NCBI GenBank assembly: GCA_002633005.1 | Contig: NMRA01000354.1 | Span: 62,001 to 126,000 of the forward strand | From: Phoronis australis | Taxonomy: Eukaryota > Animalia > Phoronida | Direction of reading: 5' to 3' | Length of the DNA stretch: 64,000 nt | Shown: piece after piece, positions 13,808 through 25,900 of the stretch | Layout: each line of letters starts with the position of its first letter | Position numbering within the stretch: the stretch's first letter is position 1 | Notes under the pieces: generated by a model | What the model was told of the DNA's origin: nothing | Seen by the model: the letters and a program-made list of their open reading frames with translations, nothing else | Databases searched by the model: none | Made by a program: the position numbers and the translations under genes

Positions 13808-13907
13808 ATGGTTTTCGAATCTTTGGTAGCCGACTTGCTCAACAAGTATCTAGGCGACTTTGTGGAGAACTTGGACAAATCGCAACTGAAAATTGGAATT
13901 TGGGGAG
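13808..13907 (+). CDS. VPS13C: VPS13 exon 1
   Basis: ATG...IGIWG G|gtgag, 100 nt. Confidence 0.96.
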
Positions 13908-16900
13908 GTGAGATTAGGCCCCTACATCCGCACTAGTACTTCACTTCCCTACTTGTTAAATGTTGAGTTGAATATGCATCCTAGCTATTCCTATTGATCT
14001 ATGCCCTGTGGGAGCTTAAGCCTTTATCGTTTAGAACAACCTTAATTCTAGTATACACGACAAGCAAAGAAGGGAGGGTAGTGTGTACACCATAACACTG
14101 ATGCGCCAGAGCCCAGAAGTCTGGTTAGGTTTACAGTCTCGCCACAGCGTGATGCCTGTGATAATATGCTGCTGTGATTGAGGTTCGCAATCTTGCCACT
14201 GTTGCCTCCAAGGCTTGAATCGGGGTTTCCCCACGTGAGAGCCGAACATGCAGACAATTCAGTCATAAGGCAATTGCTGCTTGGCAAGTGATTAAGAGAG
14301 GCTTTATACAACTCTACGTCACACGTGGAAGTTGCCAGTGTCACAACATTCCTAGATCCCTTCTATGAATCGAGCACCCCACCTGGCCCCTCAAGTCGGC
14401 CATGCCTCTAGTCTGGTTTTTGTTTCCACTGCAATTGCTGGAGCCTTACTGTTGTGAAAGTGCTTCCGGTGAATCACATATGAGCTTTCTGTTAGCCACT
14501 CGCTAACGGGCAATTGCCTATTAGCTGAATGGTTAGCACGCTCGCCGGTTAAATCGGGGTCGCTGGTTCGATTCCCGAGGTCGGGCAATCTCGGCTATTA
14601 CGACAATTGGCGTAGTCGGCAAACGGATGATATACCGATGGAGCACTTCATAGACCCTGGGTCCTGAGACAGCACGCTTGTTGGTAGGGTACAGGCATGA
14701 TGTAAGGTGCATGTACAGGCATAATGTAAGGTACACCTACAGTCAAGTGACCTAATTATCGGACGTTTTGGCACATTTTGCATTATATTTAATTGAAAAT
14801 CACTACGGACTGTTGTAAATTCTTTGCTGAAATATAGACTTACCTTTATAGAATTGTTGTGTTACTATATCTTGTCACCGAAAGCCACATTTATGTTCCG
14901 ACTGAACTTTAAAAAACAGAACAAGCAAACCTTCGGAGAACCTAAATATCGGACACCATGTTTCCCCATACGCCACACCGCGGAAAACTGACTAACCACG
15001 TAATGGCCGCGGGCACCTTGTAGCCAAATTTCAGCTCGAGTGTTTTGACATATATGCTGCTAGAACACATGTCCATTCGCAACAAAATTATCCATAAAAT
15101 GAAATCTGATGACGGCGCCAAGTGCAGACGACTAAAGCACGTGCAAACTCACTGCAGTTTTTAGTATCACTTTGGCTTCTTGATATCACACCCGCACGTG
15201 CGCGGTGGGGGTTTGACTTGAGTTTAAAAACAAATGAAAAAATGGAACAGTTACATATTGTCAGTTCAATGAGAAAGTTTCATTGTGGAAAAAGATTTTA
15301 TTTTCAACTTTTATAACCGATTTATGCGATCGTCCATTTTAGGCCGACTTGGGGGTCTTGGGGGAACCCTCTCTCGGTGAAATCAAAACGAGGCAACGCT
15401 GTAAAAAACGAGACAGTGCCGGACATTGAATGCATTACAACGGAAAAACAATTGGTGTCATTTAATTCTCAGATTATGCTTCAAGTAAGATTTTTTGAAA
15501 TGTCCGATATTTAGGTTCCGTCCGATAATTAGGTACAGTGTGTAGTTGGCTGATGGCGTGCTTGTTGATAGGAAAGGGGGGAATGTTGTGAAAGTGCTTC
15601 CGGTGAATCACATATGAGCCTCTGTTAGCCACTCGCTAACGGGCAATTGCCTATTAGCTGAATGGTTAGCACGCTCGCCGGTTAAATCGGGGTCGCTGGT
15701 TCGATTCCCGAGGTCGGGCAATCTCGGCTATTACGACATTACTTTGCACTTCTCCCAAAGGAATGCCGACATCCCATCTAATCGTGGGCTCTAACATTGT
15801 TGGACACTGACACTTGAACTCGTTGGGGTTTCGCGCATGAGAGTCAACCGACCAAATCGCAACTGCTGCATGGCAAGCGATTTAAAGAGGCTTTATATGA
15901 CTCCATGTTGCACCCGTAATAATAATAATAATTTTTGGTGCGCGTCGCCAAAGCTGCCCGCTGTACATGGGCAGTGCATTCGATCGATCACATCTCTTAG
16001 GTTATTATTATTAGATGGTCCAGCATTGGTAGTCCTCAGGGGTAGCTTGCCAACAAATTGTTGTCATCAGAGAATGGGCAACTGGCAATATCTTTTGAAT
16101 GAAAAAAAAATTTACTAAAAGCCAGGAGTTGAATAATATACCAATACTCTATAGTGAAAGTGGCTGAGCTAAAACAAAGGTCAAGGAAGTTACGCACATG
16201 AAGCTACACGGCAACATGTCTCATGTCAGCACAACAAACAGCCAGGCAACACTTAGCTGGCCACCCTTAAGGTTGTGCAGGACCGTTATTTTAGAAAAAT
16301 GCTCAAATTTGGAATGTCGTGTATCAGGAGTGACTTAACTGATTCTTATGAAACCTTCAGATATTTTGCTTTATGCACTGTTTTCTAGAATGCTGTCAGG
16401 ATGTTCCACTTTTGTTATGATGTTTGTAAAAAAATTACCGGTAAGTTGCATAAAATGAAAACGAAACATTACTCTAATCTAGAGAAGTGTAACCTCGTTT
16501 TTGAGATTTCAACTTGGACATTTATATCATGTGGAATTAGGTCATGTAACTGACCCTGTTGTTTTGCACTAAAATGTATAGTTTTTTGCTAAATTTTCTT
16601 AAAATACTTAGTCCCGTGATCTTATTATTGGATATCTCAAACCTTACTTTCAAAAATTGGCCGTGTTACAATATTTGACATATGTCTAGCAAAGTAGAGT
16701 TCTTATCTTCATTCTCAGGTATCTTCAAATACGAAATGTACATATCGTGTAGCGAGAAAAAAGAATAGTAGAACTGCACAACCACGTGGAAATTTGTTTA
16801 TTATTTATTCGAGGTCAAAGGTTACAAGGCTGTCACTAAAATCAAATCTCCCCCAGCCACAGAACAGTTCCCTATGTACTCTCAGGCCTTTCATTCACCT

Positions 16901-19900
16901 AGTTGTCATAATATTGGGTCAACGAGGTGTACATAGGATAGAAAGATGTCGGGGAAAACGAAGACAAAACCTAGTTTTGATCGTGAGGGTGTTGTGCGTC
17001 TGCATGCCTATGACCGTTGAGAATGAATGCTATGAGTCGCTTCATTCCTATGTAACTTGTGTTCACGAACACAGCAAGTTGTGGAAAGAGATAAATGCTC
17101 ACCCAAATTCCTTAATTCAGATAATTTGATATTTCTCTGTTTCGATCTCATGCTCACAAGGTGCTATAACCACCCACCCAATTTCTGTATTCATTTTGTA
17201 TTAGGTTTCATATCAGTCTCCCAGCACGTGATGTGTCTAACAATGAACCGTTGACCTATTTTAAAGTGGACTACAATGTTTTGGCTGTGACCTAGTTGGA
17301 TTCGATGCATTGGATGTCGACTTATTTTAAATTAAACGTTTTTTATTATAATTAAGTTAATTACGCACTGCAAATTCAGATGACACTGCGCGTGACTGCT
17401 AAAATAATGAACGTGACTAAGGGGTGTATAGGTTATATTGATTGAAAACAAGTTTTCACCGAATAATTAACCAAAGACTTTGAGGTTTTCATTTCCCATG
17501 ATTTAATTGGCTCTTTCTCGGCTTCGGCAAATTGACTTAATTTGAACATGAGTTCTTGAAAACAGCGTGATGGATTTCGCTGAAACTTTCCAAACTTAAC
17601 ATTTATTCATTAAGCTCAAAATTGATTTTCAGGATTTTTGGTATATAGGCTGAATTTTTGCGTAATGTAACAAAGACAAATACGACTGTTATTTTTTTAC
17701 AAAAATACCTTACGTTTTGCAAGTTGATTTGTCATAGAAACCCAGCGAAAAGACTAATAAAAAATTCCTAACAGCGTTTTTGAGATAAATGGAGAAGTAT
17801 ACATTTAAAAAATGTTTCATTTAAATGGACCGAGGGATTATTTTGCTATGAATGTACCTTTCTTAAAAATGAAATTTCGACTTAAAAAGGTGTTAACGTA
17901 ATAATAATAATAATAATAATAATTAATAATAATAATAATAATGGTATACAAATATAAAACATATTTTTGTATTTCCTGATCTTTTTTCTTTCAGAAAATT
18001 TATACTTTTACTAGAAAGCTAAATAAGGTTTGAGATAACAATTACAGAAGTTAGTGTAATGACAAAATTTATACTGCTTTCAGAAGTATATTCTATTGTT
18101 AAGTTTAATTTTATATATACAGATATTTGAGTATATAATGTAGAAAGGTTCTACATAATCTCAAGCAATAAGAAAGGTGGTATAGCAAATTTATGTCGAA
18201 GTTAATTGATGACTCAGTGACCTAGTAGCAAGAGAGCTGGCCTGATAACCATGTTCCTTAAATTTCAAGCCTTGCTGTCTACCAGAATTAATTGAAGTAC
18301 CCAGCTTGAGTACATGTACCAGGTACCTGTGTTCATCCTTTCAAGAATGCTGTGACTGATTTTGTTGACTGTAAAAACCTTCGCAACAATTGTGCTGAAA
18401 GTCTCAAGGTATAAATTACAAAAAGGTTCTGACATACCTTGATGTACAGTGCATTCACAGTCACAACATTGTGCCACCATGAAACTCCAGGGATCTAAGT
18501 CTTAATGAGCACTAGCAATAACTTGTACATAATTCTCTACCATTAGGTTAAATTTGTCAATCAAGAATGGGATACAGACAAACCCGAGGTGTGAAAACTT
18601 CATGCAGGATTCAAATTTGGTTTAGAAAATCATGTGCCGAGAAAGGTTGGAAAATGTGTAACTTTCAAATAAAGTACGCTGGGTGGATAGTTTCCATGGA
18701 ATATTTCAAATAAAGTACGCTGGGTGGATAGTTTCCATGGAATATTTCAAATAAAGTACGCTGGGTGGATAGTTTCCATGGAATCTTTCAAATAAAATAC
18801 ACTGGGTGGATAGTTTCCATGGAATATTTCAAATAAAGTACGCCGGGTGGATAGTTTCCATGGAATATAAAGAACTACATTTAAGATAGTATAAAAACTT
18901 TGTGCTACATTGCAAAAAGACGCTCCTATTTGAACTTTTATCTTAGGGATTACCGTAAGTAGCACAAGAAACGAACTACCGTATAAATTTGTTAGATGAT
19001 GCCTGCACACAGTCCTCTGACGTCAGAACATTAATACAATTGCGAAATTCCTGTGAATCCACTCACATAATAGTCTCAGGTACTATAAATCCCTGAAATG
19101 TCAGTCTGTGTGTGCGCGTCCGTTTGTTTGAGAGTGCATGCCTTTGTGTGGATCTATTCCCATTGGCGTTGTCTAGCTGAACTGAGGCCCAAACTTAAGG
19201 ACTATAGCAAGGGGTTTGTGAATAGCCAGCAAATTAGTTTTGACAAAGCTTTAAATGTAAGACAACTTGAATTAAATGTTATGTTATGTTATTTTGTGTT
19301 TTTCTCCTATACCAGGTGATGTGCATTTACAGAAGCTCGACTTGAAGTCCAGTGCTCTGGTAAGTAGATACCTAGGTAACCTAGACTTTAAGTGCTAGAA
19401 GTACACGTTTTTAACCCTTTTTAAATGGTTAGTACTTATCCCATAACTAATACACAATCATTTTGTTGAAGAAAGTTTAAATAAACGCGCCACTCACGAT
19501 TCTGACCCAAACAACACACCCGCCATTTGGAACTGACCGCGAAACCGGAAGTACAATTCACTCAGGAACCCAGGCTTAAATACGCCGGCTGTGCAACTGG
19601 AGCAGTGTCTGTTGCCAGCCTGCAAACGGAGAAAATAATCGACAGCGGACCTTAACTTTATTTTAAGGTATAAAAATTAGCATGAATTCAAAGTTTTTGT
19701 CGAAAGAAAAATTAGCCTTTTACTTGTTTTGCTGTGGAATGCGTAATTTGAGCTGTTCATGTTTTCAGATTTAAATGACTCACAAGTTACCCACATAAAA
19801 GTGATCCATATAATGTATCCTGTCTGTGCATTAATCACAGTTTCCACATATGTTTTAATTCTTCACTCCTGGCGACCTCTGTTTGATTTATTGGTTAACG

Positions 19901-22900
19901 CCCTGAAATTGTGCGGGTGGTTGGCTTTCCAGCCATCACATCATTTATAAATTTTATTTAGTTGGACCTAAGTGTGTACTCTATTCAAGTTCACATTTTG
20001 TCAGACCACCACATTTGCTGTTAATTAGTCATGAGGTTGCAATGTTGGACAAGATGGTTAATTCGTAATACTGTATACTGCTGACATGGTTTTGCTATTC
20101 CTTAGTGAGTGACCTCGCATTAGACAGTTATCAAAATTTATTTCTCTAAAACACTGATGCAATTTTGTGATATGCATTTTAAGGTCTTCAACTAATCTTG
20201 TGTGTAAGAAACTGCTATAGTAAGTAATAAATGTGTGACTTGAGAAAGGAGAAATTGAAAATTAACTACCAAAGTTCTTGGACAGGTCTGAAGATCCAAA
20301 ATTCGGCAAATTTTAAGTGTAACTTCCTTCACTGTTTGCACTGCAAATTTGCAGCTCACAACAACCGTAAAGACGTTAAAAAACTTCCGTGAATACGAGG
20401 CTGTTGAATGTCATAGTGATGCGCCAGAGATAGATCCAGTTCTTGCAAATTTAAAGGCGTGCCTTTCACCGCTTGCAAAATAATCAAAGCCAAATAGAAA
20501 TGAGTGTAAACCCGAACAGTGGGTGCTTTCAGTACCACACCCACTAATTAGGTGAAGTTATAAATTGAAAAACTTAAAACTTGAATTATTTAAAAGTTAA
20601 CAACAATTTATCTTCTTGTTGAAATGAACATCTCAGCACAAAGTATGAACAAAAACTGCAGCTTCTTTCTGGGGACATCACAACATTTTCTAGGTAAAAA
20701 TTTTATTTTCTTGCAGTGACCTAGAAAATAATGTCAATGTCATCAAAATTGACAAGCGCCTGGAGATGAAACACTTACATCTCAGAACAAAATATGAACA
20801 AAATCTGCAGCTGCCTTTTGAAGATATCGTAGCAGCAACATTGCGTGACCTACAGACCTGAACAAACGACACAGGACAATAATACACCATTGAATGCTAT
20901 TTGGTGTATTATTGTCCTGTGTCGTTTGTTCAGGTCTGTAGGTCACGCAATGTTGCTGCTACGATATCTTCAAAAGGCAGCTGCAGATTTTGTTCATATT
21001 TTGTTCTGAGATGTAAGTGTTTCATCTCCAGGCGCTTGTCAATTTTGATGACATTGACATTATTTTCTAGGTCACTGCAAGAAAATAAAATTTTTACCTA
21101 GAAAATGTTGTGATGTCCCCAGAAAGAAGCTGCAGTTTTTGTTCATACTTTGTGCTGAGATGTAGGTGGGACATCTCTAGGCACGAGTCAAGTTTGATGA
21201 CCTTGACATCATTTTCAAGGTCACCATGAGAAAATCAAGTTAGTACCTAGAAAACGTTTTTGACAGGATATCTCCATGAAGCAACTGTAGATTTTGTTTA
21301 TATTTTGTACCAAGGTGTAGGTGGAGCATATCCAGGTGCGAGTCGATTTTGGTGACCTTGACTTGATTTTCAAGGTCACAGCGAGAAAATCAAATTTTTA
21401 TGTGGAAAATGGCGCGATATCTCAAGAAGGAAGCTGTGCCGTTTCTTCATATAATGCACCGATGCGCATCTGCAGTGATGGGGGACAATTTATTTACTGT
21501 GTGACAAATGCTCATGTTACTTGTCATGAAGATAGAATGCTACTCAATCACTACTCGTAGCTTCTTTGCAGAATTAGATGGTCTTGAATTTTTCAGTCTG
21601 CCTGGAAAAGCGCCATATATTTCATCCAAGGTCTTGAAAGAAGTCCTTCAAAATTACATAATTTGAACATGATATTTTTGAAACCTACCATTTGTGTGGC
21701 AAAGTCTTTCTGACAGTTTTATATCTGAGTATGTGTCGACAACAAATAAGATTTCAGTTTTGAAATCAGTTGCTGATTACCATTTTCACTTTATAGGATG
21801 ACCTGAATCTGNAAAATGACTCGCTGTACTAGCCTTGTTCTAAAGTGGCAAGCATTTACATCGGCGGCGCAGCACTGAAATAAGTGGGGAGGCTATAACC
21901 CCCGCCCCTTCAGCTCCCTATGGTGCTCTGCCCGTGTACCATGGGCGGCGTGGCACTGAAATGAGTGGGACGGGGCTGTAGCCCCCCTCCAGCTCTCTAT
22001 GGTGTGCCATCCATGATTTACTGTAGTAGGTGCCCATTTGTTATAACACTGCAGTATTGCGGGGTGGTTCTAATGAGACCTAACACAATTTAACTCCAAG
22101 TGTTATTCTGTTGTTAGAGAAAGTAATTTTCAAACAAATTACTTAGTGATATCTCGCTGTACAATTGAAACTCAACTTTCACCACATCGCTGTTTTGTTC
22201 ATGCGCTGCAGCAGATCATAGAGCGCATGTCTCCTGGTGGTTGGTGCCAGCTGCTGTTTACGTGGCATGGTTGCAAACTGTGGCAAAGTGGAGATGCGTG
22301 AAAAAACGCATTGCGCATGCTCGTTACCACGAAGGAGTTTTTCTCAATTTTGTGTGGTTGCTCAATCAGCTTTCACCATGCAACAATATGTTGCAATTTG
22401 CACTTCCTCAAAAACTTGTGAGTTTGCTCTGGTGTTTGCCTTCAAGCAGGAAACAGCTAATTGTCCTTGACATCATTGCATAAGCAACTCAGTGCCACAG
22501 GTGTTAACTGTTTGTGTCAAGTACTACAAGGTCATTAGACATTTCTCTGTATTATTTTGTCCCCTTGCTTGTGTAAACTTTCCTCTTAATAATTTTTTAT
22601 ATGTATGAATAGTATTATTTTCTAGGTTTCATGTGTCGTAGTTAGAGGACACATTTATTGAGACAAATTTTGAAGTTAAGTATATTTAACAATACCAAGC
22701 AAACACCAGACGACACACAGCACATCCTTATTGTCTAAAACTCTTCCCAACAGATGTCTCCCTATAACATCTCCCTGTTTTCAACCCGTTGTTCAAAACA
22801 TTGGAACAGAACATAAAAGTGCTTTAACTACAGCGAGGCAAGATGAATATGAAAATCACAAATGACTTAATTAATTGAAAGGTCAAATGGTTTCATTCTT

Positions 22901-25900
22901 GAATTATGAAAAGAAATGCCACCATAGGGCTTGTTTTTATTTATTTATTGTAGTATTCAAAATGAAGGTGGCCTCTTCAGTGTCAGCACTGCTTTTCAAG
23001 AGTGCCTCAACAAGAGTATTTTAAAAGTAATACAATACAATATAATGCAATAAAATATTATAACAATAATTAAATACAGGTAATAAAGCAATAGTAAAAA
23101 CAGGTTGAGAATTTGGATAATAAATGAATAAATGACGGAGGATTATGAAGTTGGACTAGGAGACATGAAATGAAATAAAAAGATGATGATACGATAAGTA
23201 ATGAGAGTACCTACAATAATGAAAATGATATAATTAAGAGAGGCACAAGCGTAAGAGTGGGTAAATAAATTATAGCCACATTTTAATATTACATTTGAAA
23301 GCATTAATTGAGTCTGACCGTTTAATTTCTGGGCTGAGAGAGTTCCATATTGAAGCATCAGATAATATAATGTTGTAGGGCTGCTAGTGCAGCAAGAGAT
23401 CTGGGACACAATCACCAGGCTTAACAGGTGCCAAGCAGCCTGTACTTTAATTGGAGTATCTGGAATCATATGGTCTGGCTACTGGAGTGTCCATGGAGCC
23501 CGGTTATTATGTGAGGAGGGTTTAGTATAAACCATAGTCACACAGAGCACATCCAGATCAGGCAAATGGACTTAAAGTTATGGTGGAGCCTAGAAAATTG
23601 CCTGAATTAGGCGAGCTGTGGAACATCAAATCTCAGAAATAGCTGATCAGAAACTTTCACATACTATGGTTTATGCTCTGTTCTTCGTGCTGTTAGGAAC
23701 TGTTTTTAAAATGTTCCTCTCTTGCTCGAGGGGCTATAAAAATAGTTCAATGATTTTCATGAAAAAATCAAAAGTTGCTTAAAACGAAAATGAAATGATG
23801 ATTTAGAAAACTGCAACTGTTTTTAAAATTTTATCCTTAACAATTATATCGAACAAAATTCTGTCGTGCCATTGGTAACATTGTTCTTAAACTGGCCTGT
23901 ATTAAGTCAATGCTGCTCTAAAGTATAATTAACCTCAATAGCCGTGAAAAGGCGAAATCTTGTTACTGATTCCAAAGACAATGGGTTTTATACTGATAGA
24001 ACGACAATAAAAGATAAAAATGACAAATCTGGGATATTATGGATATCTGTGACACATTTATATACACATAGGCGGATTTAGGGGGGGGGCCCAGGGGGCC
24101 CGGGGCCCCCCCNNNNNNNNNNNNNNNNNNNNNNNNNNNNNNNNNNNNNNNNNNNNNNNNNNNNNNNNNNNNNNNNNNNNNNNNNNNNNNNNNNNNNNNN
24201 NNNNNNNNNNNNNNNNNNNNNNNNNNNNNNNNNNNNNNNNNNNNNNNNNNNNNNNNNNNNNNNNNNNNNNNNNNNNNNNNNNNNNNNNNNNNNNNNNNNN
24301 NNNNNNNNNNNNNNNNNNNNNNNNNNNNNNNNNNNNNNNNNNNNNNNNNNNNNNNNNNNNNNNNNNNNNNNNNNNNNNNNNNNNNNNNNNNNNNNNNNNN
24401 NNNNNNNNNNNNNNNNNNNNNNNNNNNNNNNNNNNNNNNNNNNNNNNNNNNNNNNNNNNNNNNNNNNNNNNNNNNNNNNNNNNNNNNNNNNNNNNNNNNN
24501 NNNNNNNNNNNNNNNNNNNNNNNNNNNNNNNNNNNNNNNNNNNNNNNNNNNNNNNNNNNNNNNNNNNNNNNNNNNNNNNNNNNNNNNNNNNNNNNNNNNN
24601 NNNNNNNNNNNNNNNNNNNNNNNNNNNNNNNNNNNNNNNNNNNNNNNNNNNNNNNNNNNNNNNNNNNNNNNNNNNNNNNNNNNNNNNNNNNNNNNNNNNN
24701 NNNNNNNNNNNNNNNNNNNNNNNNNGCAAACCCCCCTCCCGACCTCCCCCCATTTGGTGCTATGCGCATCTACAATCGTGGTTCAGTTTGCGCAAATGTT
24801 TACAGCCGGACAAAAATGTTGGGCCCCCCCCCTTGTGATATCCTAGATCCGCCACTGATACACATGTGTTGTATGTTGTAGTGCAATAACTCCAGGAGTA
24901 GAAGTGAACTTAATAGTAATTCAGCGTTGTGTTGTGTGTCGACTGTCTTGGTCTGTCAATGAGATGGTTGTATTCAGTAACTAAGTGTGGAACACTCAAT
25001 TACACTAGTAAAGCAACTGGCAGTAGCAAGATGAGGACTGTCTTTATTAGACAAGTGAACGGATTTATATACAAGTTAGAAATGTGTGGGTTGCGTGCAC
25101 TAAACTTCATGATTCAAGATTCTACAGGAAATAACAGTAAACAACTCTAAGAACTTTCGCAACAGTCACCAGAACTATTCTGTTGTGTTTGCCAAAAATG
25201 GTAATGGTCAGCTGTCTTGAGGCTGACCATTACATAATCTAGTTTACTACAGAGTTCATGTGGGCACACCTGGATGGGTTGCTGACTCAGCTGACAGCCA
25301 CAATAAGTTACTGTAAACACAAACAATTTGCTAGCAAAGAAATAATATCAATAATACTATCAAACTAACATATTAAGTAATATATATATCATGAATTTCG
25401 TGGATTTTATGACATGTGTATTTTTCTTATCTATAATGTGTATGTGGGATGTTATTGTTTTTATTTGAATCTTCAGAAAGTCCAAAGGAGCACCACTGAA
25501 TAGAGAATTAAAATTTCCCAAGGATTCGTGGAGAATAATTCTTCCATTATCAAGTATTTGATAGATATGCAATGTTTACGCAGGCTTAACAATCGAATGA
25601 TGAACAATTTCAATTGCTTATTAAAAGTTATAATGATAACAATACAATACCAATTAGTTGTAACAGTTATTCTGAATACTTATAATAGTACATAGCTGTA
25701 GGCAATGATAATTGTTTTCCTAACCATGTTAGAATCCATGTGGTGTAGGAATTTTTCCATACTTATCATGCAGGGCAGTGCAGGAATTCCTACATTTTAG
25801 CTCTACAATCTTGTGAATTGTAACAATGTCTATGGATGTAATATCAAATTGTTGTAAACATAATGTTTACATTCCGGGCTCAACTATTTAGAATCCACCG

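Larger units (their letters stand above)
14450..15738 (+). mobile_element. Non-autonomous miniature LTR retrotransposon (TRIM) with tRNA-like LTRs, Helenus-like
   Basis: LTRs 14450-14605 and 15584-15738 (TGTTGT...ACGACA, near-identical). PBS TGGCGTAGTCGGCA at 14608-14621. PPT AGGAAAGGGGGGAA at 15570-15583. TSD TTAC at 14446-14449 and 15739-15742. Confidence 0.92.

Noticed and set aside
14516-14587. Functional tRNA genes in the two direct repeats
   Set aside because: The acceptor, anticodon and T stems are imperfect, and the sequence is embedded in LTRs with PBS, PPT and TSD.
18663-18867. 41-bp repeat array as a CRISPR array
   Set aside because: Units are head-to-tail with no unique spacers, the context is a eukaryotic intron, and there are no cas genes. 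It is a minisatellite.
19480-19620. Promoter-like motifs (CGCCATT, CCGGAAGT) in VPS13 intron 2
   Set aside because: Short motifs, no associated exon or ORF, probably inside a repeat whose ends I could not define.
20690-21101. Identical 66-aa ORFs on both strands
   Set aside because: By-product of the palindrome, with non-ATG starts and no protein signature.
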